Below are positions 62,001 to 64,000 of a stretch of DNA of 64,000 nt, one piece after another (positions within the stretch are counted from its first letter, which is position 1; every line of letters begins with the position of its first letter). Both the position numbers and the translations under genes were made by a program. This DNA is from Ranitomeya imitator (taxonomy: Eukaryota): assembly GCF_032444005.1 (NCBI RefSeq), contig NC_091286.1, positions 331,204,001 through 331,268,000 of the forward strand. The letters are read 5' to 3'. Below the pieces are notes generated by a model that ran no database searches, was not told the DNA's origin, and worked only from the letters and a program-made list of their open reading frames with translations.

Positions 62001-63776
62001 ATGAAGTGTCCTACTCCTTGGAACACCATCTGCTAAAAGTTATAGGGAAACTTGACAGTATTTGTTACATTTCCCTGCAGTGACTATGTAAAGGTGACCA
62101 GTCCGTTCTCTCTACGAGCAACATGGTATAGAACAGATTTTTTTTTTCTAGAGTAGACAATGGTGATGAGCGAACATGCTCGGATAAGGTGTTATCCGAG
62201 CATACTCGGGTGCTAAGAGTATCTTTGACGTACTCTAATACTTTGTTCCAGTCGCCTTGTGTTGCAGCTGTTGAACAGCTGCGAGACATGCAGCCACGGG
62301 ACTCGAACATTAGCTTCGGCGTGCTCTAATACTCTATTAGCACCCAACATGCTCAGATAAGACCTTATCCGAGCACATTTCCTCATGACTAGTTGACAAC
62401 TCTTTAGGAATGCTTGTCTTTTTGTTTTCTTTTATGTATCATTACTTTCTTTTTTTGGGTTAAGTAATTTTAAATCACTAATGTAATTTTAGCGTTCTTG
62501 AAGTGGAAAAGACGTTGGTGTTGGCTGAAAAGGGGGGCAAACAGGATGACAACGAGGTGGAACTTTTAACAGCTGGACCAAATTTCCGAATTTTTGCTAC
62601 TATGAACCCTGGTGGAGATTTTGGAAAAAAAGAGGTATTCCGTTTATAATGTTACAATATATTCTTCACAAACTGTAAATGTACCGTACATAATTGTGTG
62701 TGTTGTCACAAGTCAAATATACATAGTGTAGCTTAGCTTGACTTTCTCGTCTGTTTTATTGGGGGAATGGGATAACTCGACAAATTCAAAATAAAGTTGT
62801 GGTTCTCAGAAGATGGGGATGAATTTAAACACTGACTGCAGTGCCAGGGAGCTGACAAACAGGCAGACGCTTACAGGGTAACTAAACTGCCCTTCATCTG
62901 GTCCTTGAGAAAGTGGTGTTCCTTTCCCCTCTATTTACAGTGAAGGAAATAAGTATTTGATCCCTTGCTGATTTTGTAAGTTTGCCCACTGACAAAGACA
63001 TGAACAGTCTATAATTTTAAGTGTAGGTTAATTTTATAATTGAGAGATAGAATATCAAAAATAAAATCCAGAAAATCACATTGTATAAATTATATACATT
63101 TTACAATTCTGACCACTGTCAATTTGTGAGGAGATAACTCTGGAACGTTTCAACGGATCTTACCAATTCTGAGATTGTTTTCTCTTGACATATTGTACTT
63201 TCATGATACTTTCTGTGCCTGCCCGCGGGACAGTTACAGCCAAAGGGTCCCATGTGGCCCGCGGACCACAGTTTGCCCAGCCCTGTATTAAAGGATGACG
63301 TTGTATTCTAAGTTCTATCATACTTGATTGAGCTGAGAGAGCATGTCGGATCTTTACATATTGGTAAAAAGTGTTACAAGATAAATTAAATTCCTCTTGA
63401 AGCTGTTGAAAACTTTTAAGAACAGAGAACAGCTATTTACAAACTATCGCCCAGTTCTCTTTTTGCTCCCAGAGAAAAACATTTTGCTTTGATACTTCAC
63501 CTAAAATGGAACTACGCCATATGTCTATGTATTTAGTGTGTCCCTTTAAAACCCATAAGTTTCTTTACAACTAGGATTTATAAACTGTGCTTTTAACACT
63601 GTGGTCAAGATTGTTTAGTAAATTGTCCAAAAATTTTGTTTTACAGCTTTCACCTGCCCTTCGCAACAGATTTACAGAGATTTGGTGTCCTCAAAGTAAC
63701 GATCGACTGGATCTCATAGAAATAATCAAGCACAATCTGAATCCAGGAATGACTCTCACCTTATCAGATGACAATG
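3547..63776 (+). CDS. MDN1: Midasin (AAA+ ATPase, 60S biogenesis), partial multi-exon gene: 24 exons covering AAA2-AAA4; continues beyond both window edges
   Basis: Spliced translation is collinear with recalled vertebrate midasin. Walker A motifs GETGTGKT, GETSVGKT, GDTGCGKT; Walker B motifs WILLDE, WIILDE, FFLLDE; sensor/arginine-finger segments MNPATDVGKRNLPPGIRNRF, QNPPGIYGGRKVLSRAFRNRF, MNPGGDFGKKELSPALRNRF. Exon phases join in frame; all introns GT-AG except one GC-AG. Confidence 0.98.
3994..4825. mobile_element. PIF/Harbinger-type MITE with long internal hairpin
   Basis: TTA|GGCCTCTTTGACACTTCCGTCTT ... AAGACGGAAGTGTGAAAGAAGCC|TTA; internal palindrome ~4425-4612. Confidence 0.85.
4940..5120 (-). 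mobile_element. Possible Penelope-like terminal-repeat fragment
   Basis: Minus strand ends ..GTGTGCTGCCTTATTT, resembling ..GAGTGCTGCCTTCTTT of the element at 21720; no other support. Confidence 0.3.
5122..8746 (+). mobile_element. DIRS retrotransposon copy 1, 5-prime truncated and degenerate (gag, partial RT, partial YR, ICR, right ITR)
   Basis: gag-like frames ~5600-6850; RT fragment FGLTTAPRVSTKVMAA..PYLDNLLIKG (YLDD changed to YLDN); YR LSWKVAFLVAVMSIRRVSELAALS; ICR ~8375-8475; right ITR ~8575-8746. Confidence 0.92.
7521..7875. mobile_element. Kolobok/T2-type palindromic MITE (family A), right part, nested in DIRS copy 1
   Basis: Ends GGGGTGACAGGTTCCCT|TTAA and matches the right arm of the 29934-30569 copy. 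Confidence 0.85.
8760..9097. mobile_element. piggyBac-like element, GC-rich end fragment
   Basis: Ends GAGAAGGGG|TTAA; nested short hairpins like the end of the 51049-55008 element. Confidence 0.45.
9312..9935 (-). mobile_element. Probable L1-type LINE 3-prime fragment, interrupted by a CR1/L2-type tail
   Basis: Minus-strand frame WLDTICVYGTTTRKDKSTRLFEKILGSLVGY resembles recalled amphibian L1 ORF2 C-termini; T tract at ~9312 could be its poly(A). Confidence 0.35.
9388..9555 (+). mobile_element. CR1/L2-type LINE or SINE 3-prime tail
   Basis: TAGATTGTGAGCCC..TGTAAAGCGCCATGGAATAAATGGCGCTATAATAATAAATAATAAT terminal stem-loop plus (AAT)n. Confidence 0.75.
10042..10123 (+). CDS. MDN1: MDN1 exon (window exon 2)
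   Basis: tag|A..GAG|gta; DLLKWSNRIAYSFDGSSSSTAVNIFHE. Confidence 0.93.
10206..10301 (+). CDS. MDN1: MDN1 exon (window exon 3)
   Basis: tag|GCC..AAG|gtg; ALDCFTAMLSAPAARLKMAEVIGSKLNISKQK. Confidence 0.95.
10545..11087. repeat. Inverted-repeat MITE remnant with nested hAT-MITE fragment (~10622-10878)
   Basis: 10545-10621 is inversely repeated at ~11001-11087; inner palindrome ends TTCGCTCATCTCTA at 10878. Confidence 0.55.
11138..11888. mobile_element. Kolobok/T2-type MITE
   Basis: TTAA|AGGGAGTCTGTCACC ... GGTGACAGGTTCCCT|TTAA; arms are inverted over most of the length. Confidence 0.85.
11893..13143. mobile_element. piggyBac-like non-autonomous element (short member)
   Basis: TTAA|CCGCTTTCTGACCTAGG ... 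CCCAAGGTCATGAAGGGG|TTAA; internal blocks homologous to the reverse complement of ~53600-55008. Confidence 0.75.
13571..13683 (+). CDS. MDN1: MDN1 exon (window exon 4)
   Basis: cag|GCC..AG|gta; AEFFCELYKPEITVRELDVSVGRVEMLRRQTESIRVHR. Confidence 0.94.
13895..14830. mobile_element. piggyBac-like element fragments
   Basis: TTAA|CCCCTTAACGAC start; 14460-14830 matches the ~390-bp unit and left arm in reverse. Confidence 0.5.
15245..15393 (+). CDS. MDN1: MDN1 exon (window exon 5), AAA2 Walker A
   Basis: cag|A..G|gta; EKINFAATRPSSILIEQIAVCVNKAEPVLLVGETGTGKTSTVQYLAHVA. Confidence 0.96.
15526..16816. mobile_element. TcMar-Tc2-like non-autonomous element with internal 39-bp minisatellite
   Basis: TA|CTGTATATACTAGAGTATAAGCCGA ... 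TCGGCTTATACTTGAGTATATACGG|TA; CCCCATATAATGCTGCACATGGCCCCATACAGATATTTG units at ~15780-16255. Confidence 0.85.
17294..17354 (+). CDS. MDN1: MDN1 exon (window exon 6)
   Basis: cag|GT..GG|gtaagt; QRLRIVNMNQQSDTADLLGG. Confidence 0.95.
17940..18852 (-). pseudogene. Tc1 DD34E-family transposase pseudogene
   Basis: MGKKKDLTADEK.. HTH region; VLFTNEC (first catalytic D changed to N); VMFWAG; MHDNVPSH; WPPSSPDLNLTDNLWSIIK; frameshifted. Confidence 0.9.
18902..20820 (+). mobile_element. piggyBac-like large non-autonomous element, right end lost, nested in Tc1
   Basis: TTAG|CCCCTTCATGACC start; collinear with 51049-53560 including ~375-390-bp units and a CCCTAA-like tract. Confidence 0.8.
20550..20820 (+). 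repeat. Degenerate telomere-like (CCCTAA)n tract
   Basis: CCCTAACCCTAATCCCAACCCTAACC.. mixed with CCCCAACACA units. Confidence 0.8.
21720..22024. mobile_element. Penelope-like element remnant: inverted terminal-repeat palindrome with 14-bp target duplication
   Basis: ~100-bp arms 21724-21825 and 21827-21927 around one base; TGATTTTTCTGTTA at 21706-21719 and 22025-22038; ..GAGAAAGG..CCGAAACGTTG motif typical of PLE ends. Confidence 0.75.
22487..22904. mobile_element. PIF/Harbinger-type MITE, decayed
   Basis: TAA|GGGCTTATTCACAT ... ATGTGTGAATGAGGCC|TAC. Confidence 0.55.
23148..23625. mobile_element. Kolobok/T2-type MITE
   Basis: AGGGAACCTGTCATGTGAAAAAA ... TTTTTTCACATGACAGGTTCACT; degenerate TTAA flanks. 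Confidence 0.75.
23869..24077 (+). CDS. MDN1: MDN1 exon (window exon 7)
   Basis: tag|G..G|gtgagt; YKPVDHKLIWLPLREGFEGLFTQTFSRKQN..AGDT. Confidence 0.96.
24216..24319 (+). CDS. MDN1: MDN1 exon (window exon 8)
   Basis: tag|AA..GAG|gta; FLLKEKWEAFSLRLNQAQQQMRMTENAVLFAFVE. Confidence 0.95.
25083..26030 (+). CDS. DIRS pol C-terminal part: RNase H plus Dam-like methyltransferase domain (open frame, N-truncated)
   Basis: RNase H: VTTDASLLGWG, INILEIRA, VQSDNVTAV, NWAADFLSR; MT: DVDLMAS and YVFPPLPLL..WPRRAWY. Confidence 0.85.
   Translation: MQQALLDNWDRSLPSLDRHCPLSPRVRQSLVWWTLGPSLLQGKSFLPIRWLVVTTDASLLGWGAVFLHHSAQGRWTVRESRLPINILEIRAIRLALSRFHALLAGHPIRVQSDNVTAVAYINHQGGTRSRAAMQEVSHILRWAETNHSTISAVHIPGVENWAADFLSRQGLASGEWELHPEVFRQICLRWGTPDVDLMASRLNAKVHNFIACSREPQAIGVDALISPWHPFQLPYVFPPLPLLPKVIRKIKTEGVPVILVAPDWPRRAWYAELVQLVADVPWRLPDRPDLLRQGPIYHQSSGALRLTAWLLKPGF
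26020..27035 (+). pseudogene. DIRS tyrosine recombinase, frameshifted
   Basis: IYHRVWKTF; TSIRRVSEL; AHSTRSMGASWA; frame change near 26310 and again near 26960. Confidence 0.85.
27871..28371. mobile_element. TcMar-Tc2-like MITE
   Basis: TA|CCGTATTTTGCGGTTTATAAG ... CTTATAATCCGAAAAATACTG|TA. Confidence 0.75.
28807..28951 (+). CDS. MDN1: MDN1 exon (window exon 9), AAA2 Walker B
   Basis: tag|GGT..G|gta; GTLAQAVKKGEWILLDEINLAAAETLECLCGLLEGSSGSLVLLDRGDT. Confidence 0.96.
29934..30569. mobile_element. Kolobok/T2-type MITE family A, full length, near-perfect 636-bp palindrome
   Basis: TTAA|AGGGAACCTGTCACCCCG ... CGGGGTGACAGGTTCCCT|TTAA; arms complementary almost to the centre (~30251). Confidence 0.92.
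30600..30731 (+). mobile_element. SINE 3-prime half (same family as 40845-41128)
   Basis: CCAAAGACATACTGATAG..TGTAAAGCGCTGCGGAATATGTTAGCGCTATATAAAAATAAAGATTATTATT. Confidence 0.8.
30996..31198. repeat. AT-rich ~200-bp hairpin (MITE core)
   Basis: AATTTGTTTTTAAGG..GGTTGTT / AACAACC..CCTTAAAAACAAATT with inner TTAAACTTAA palindrome. Confidence 0.7.
32260..32356 (+). CDS. MDN1: MDN1 exon (window exon 10)
   Basis: cag|AG..CG|gta; PLIRHPDFRLFACMNPATDVGKRNLPPGIRNR. Confidence 0.96.
33484..33860. mobile_element. PIF/Harbinger-type MITE nested in the hAT element
   Basis: TTA|GGCTACTTTAACATCAGCGATTTT ... AAAATCGCTGATGTGAAAGTAGCC|TTA. Confidence 0.88.
34010..36480 (+). repeat. Pyrimidine-rich compound minisatellite
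   Basis: Units built from CCCTTAGCAGCCTCCCCT, CACCAGCCTCTCCTCTC and CTCATATTCTC; + strand is almost free of G runs. Confidence 0.95.
37014..37127 (+). CDS. MDN1: MDN1 exon (window exon 11)
   Basis: tag|A..AG|gta; FTELYVEELENESDLQILITDYLKGLNVNISVVQGII. Confidence 0.95.
37379..37673. mobile_element. hAT-type MITE
   Basis: TAGTGATGAGTGAGCGTGCTCGGG TIRs; 8-bp TSD ATGCCTGC / ATGCCTAC. Confidence 0.88.
37902..38294. mobile_element. Kolobok/T2-type MITE
   Basis: TTAA|AGGGAACCGGTCACC ... GGTGACAGGTTCCCT. Confidence 0.75.
38757..38904 (+). CDS. MDN1: MDN1 exon (window exon 12)
   Basis: cag|T..GAG|gtaagc; FYLAIRERSVSELVDGTGHRPHFSLRTLCRALRYAAANPCNNIQRSLYE. Confidence 0.96.
39674..39784 (+). CDS. MDN1: MDN1 exon (window exon 13)
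   Basis: cag|GGA..CAG|gta; GFCLSFLTQLDRASHSSVQALVCRCIVPGNIKSLLKQ. Confidence 0.95.
39892..40043 (+). CDS. MDN1: MDN1 exon (window exon 14)
   Basis: cag|CCT..GG|gta; PLPEPYGGRFIQIEGYWIPVGGQDPTIDESYILTSSVKLNLRDLVRVVSAG. Confidence 0.96.
40177..40741. mobile_element. Kolobok/T2-type MITE family A, right arm with ~71-bp deletion
   Basis: TTAA|AGGGAACCTGTCACCCCC ... GGGGGTGACAGGTTCCCT|TTAA. Confidence 0.9.
40845..41128 (-). mobile_element. tRNA-derived SINE (V-SINE-like core, LINE-derived tail), full length
   Basis: Minus strand: A box GGTGGCGCAGTGG, B box GGTTCTAATCC, core GTTTGCGTGGGTTTCCTCCGGGCACTCCGGTTTCCTCCCACA, tail ..GCGCTATATAAAAATAAAG(ATT)n. Confidence 0.88.
41471..41711. mobile_element. 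PIF/Harbinger-type MITE
   Basis: TAA|GGGTGCTTTCACATTGC ... GCAATGTGAAAGCACCC|TAA. Confidence 0.88.
41841..42019 (+). CDS. MDN1: MDN1 exon (window exon 15), AAA3 Walker A
   Basis: cag|A..G|gtc; KHPVLIQGETSVGKTSLIRWLACASGNHCVRINNHEHTDIQEYIGCY.. Confidence 0.97.
42444..42652 (+). CDS. MDN1: MDN1 exon (window exon 16), AAA3 Walker B
   Basis: cag|GT..AAG|gtt; VLIHAMRNGYWIILDELNLAPTDVLEALNRLLDDNRE..QNPPGIYGGRK. Confidence 0.97.
43115..50678 (+). mobile_element. Non-autonomous Helitron copy 1 (~1.35 kb) interrupted by DIRS copy 3
   Basis: A|TCTACTATATAATTGTCTAAGGG 5-prime end; CCCGATGCGTTAGAATCGGG hairpin and CTAG|T 3-prime end; no TSD; 20-bp tandem array at ~49975-50625. Confidence 0.88.
43729..49944 (+). 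mobile_element. DIRS retrotransposon copy 3, near full length (gag, RT-RNaseH-MT, YR), with frameshifts
   Basis: Identical 126-bp ITRs at 43746-43871 and 49770-49895; ICR ~49540-49640; gag ~45093-46330; RT IDIQDAY, LPFGL and YLDD (47139-47150); RNaseH TDAS; MT DLTAS..YLFPPF; YR IRRVSEL..AHSTR. Confidence 0.96.
51049..55008 (+). mobile_element. piggyBac-like large non-autonomous element (3960 bp), both ends intact
   Basis: TTAA|CCCCTTC ... GAAGGGG|TTAA; internal units marked by GGAACT(T/A)ATCTAGATG at ~51969, 52364, 52751, 53138; CCCTAA/CCCTAG tract 53508-53562; no transposase ORF. Confidence 0.85.
53508..53562 (+). repeat. Telomere-like (CCCTAA/CCCTAG)n tract
   Basis: CCCTAACCCCAACCCTAACCCTAGCCCTAACCCTAGCCCTAACCCTAGCCCTAA. 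Confidence 0.85.
57136..57700. mobile_element. Kolobok/T2-type palindromic MITE
   Basis: TTAA|AGGGAACCTGTCACCTCCC ... GGGAGGTGACAGGCTCCCT|TTAA. Confidence 0.9.
57917..59387 (+). mobile_element. Non-autonomous Helitron copy 2 (1471 bp)
   Basis: A|TCTACTATATAATTGTC ... CCCGATGCGTTAGAATCGGG..CTAG|T; 20-21-bp tandem array at ~58760-59200. Confidence 0.9.
59591..59737 (+). CDS. MDN1: MDN1 exon (window exon 17)
   Basis: tag|GTA..CAG|gta; VLSRAFRNRFVELHYDELPSAELETILHKRCCLPPSYCNKLVAVMLELQ. Confidence 0.96.
59824..59965 (+). CDS. MDN1: MDN1 exon (window exon 18)
   Basis: tag|TCA..G|gtacag; SHRRGSSVFAGKHGFITLRDLFRWAERYRLSEQTEKDYDWLQHLAND. Confidence 0.95.
60044..60178 (+). CDS. MDN1: MDN1 exon (window exon 19), ends at a GC donor
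   Basis: tag|GT..TTG G|gcaagt; FLLLAGRVRKQEEVDVILKVIKKCFKKEVVPDVLFSMDSVQKQL. Confidence 0.9.
60555..60884. mobile_element. Kolobok/T2-type MITE, decayed
   Basis: TTAA|AGAGAAACTGTCAG ... GATGACCGATTCCCT|TTAA. Confidence 0.6.
61342..61480 (+). CDS. MDN1: MDN1 exon (window exon 20), start of AAA4 Walker A
   Basis: cag|AG..GG|gtt; KLSVLGDAMDHNFSHVVWTQGMRRLAVLVGRALEFGEPILLVGDTG. Confidence 0.95.
61563..61701 (+). CDS. MDN1: MDN1 exon (window exon 21)
   Basis: tag|A..AAA|gtaagt; CGKTTICQLFAALQNQKLYSVNCHQHMETSDFLGGLRPVRHKSKDK. Confidence 0.96.
61777..61913 (+). CDS. MDN1: MDN1 exon (window exon 22), AAA4 Walker B
   Basis: tag|GAT..AG|gta; DEDDDDSSKLFEWHDGPLVLAMVEDGFFLLDEISLADDSVLERLN. Confidence 0.96.
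62161..62391. mobile_element. hAT-type MITE
   Basis: TGGTGATGAGCGAACATGCTCGGATAAGG / CCTTATCCGAGCACATTTCCTCATGACTA; 8-bp TSD GTAGACAA / GTTGACAA. Confidence 0.8.
62493..62634 (+). CDS. MDN1: MDN1 exon (window exon 23)
   Basis: tag|C..GAG|gta; VLEVEKTLVLAEKGGKQDDNEVELLTAGPNFRIFATMNPGGDFGKKE. Confidence 0.96.
62938..63285. mobile_element. Composite of Tc1 left end, piggyBac-like arm fragment and hAT right end
   Basis: TA|CAGTGAAGGAAATAAGTATTTGATCCC (62938-63098); 63099-63210 matches ~51093-51200; ends GCCCGCGGACCACAGTTTGCCCAGCCCTG. Confidence 0.65.
63647..63776 (+). CDS. MDN1: MDN1 exon (window exon 24)
   Basis: cag|CTT..G|gta; LSPALRNRFTEIWCPQSNDRLDLIEIIKHNLNPGMTLTLSDDN. Confidence 0.94.
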
Positions 63777-64000
63777 GTAGTTAATGGGTTTTTTTCCCCT
63801 CTAAAGTATAGAAACCAGCCTAATCAGAAATTATTTCCACTTTTATTCAAAGGAAAGTACACCTAGCCACACAGTTTAAAGAGAAACTCTGAAAAAAGCA
63901 ATTAGACTGCGTATAGCGGGTTTATCTGCAGGTTGAAGAGGTTGTCCACTATAAGGACATTGCCATCTCATTCTGAATGTTTGCCCTGTTAAAATAAAAA

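Overview
Vertebrate genomic DNA, most likely from a frog (inferred from the repeat families present). The window lies entirely inside one + strand gene, MDN1 (midasin/Rea1 AAA+ ATPase). I traced 24 consecutive coding exons (3547-63776, 3271 nt, about 1090 codons, phases continuous) covering AAA modules 2-4; one intron is GC-AG. The introns are packed with nested mobile elements: three sense-oriented DIRS (tyrosine-recombinase) retrotransposons with ITR/ICR structure, a split Tc1, two non-autonomous Helitrons, large TTAA/CCC..GGG piggyBac-like elements with ~390-bp units and telomere-like tracts, many Kolobok/T2, PIF/Harbinger, hAT and Tc2-type MITEs, SINE/LINE tails, and a Penelope-like palindrome with hammerhead-like motifs. 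Most ORFs in the supplied track are repeat artefacts. I found no convincing new protein-coding system. The best leads are the hammerhead-like palindrome, a compact DIRS keeping only RNaseH-methyltransferase and recombinase, the telomere-tract-carrying element, and a module shared across transposon superfamilies. No database search was run; family assignments rest on recalled motifs and structure.
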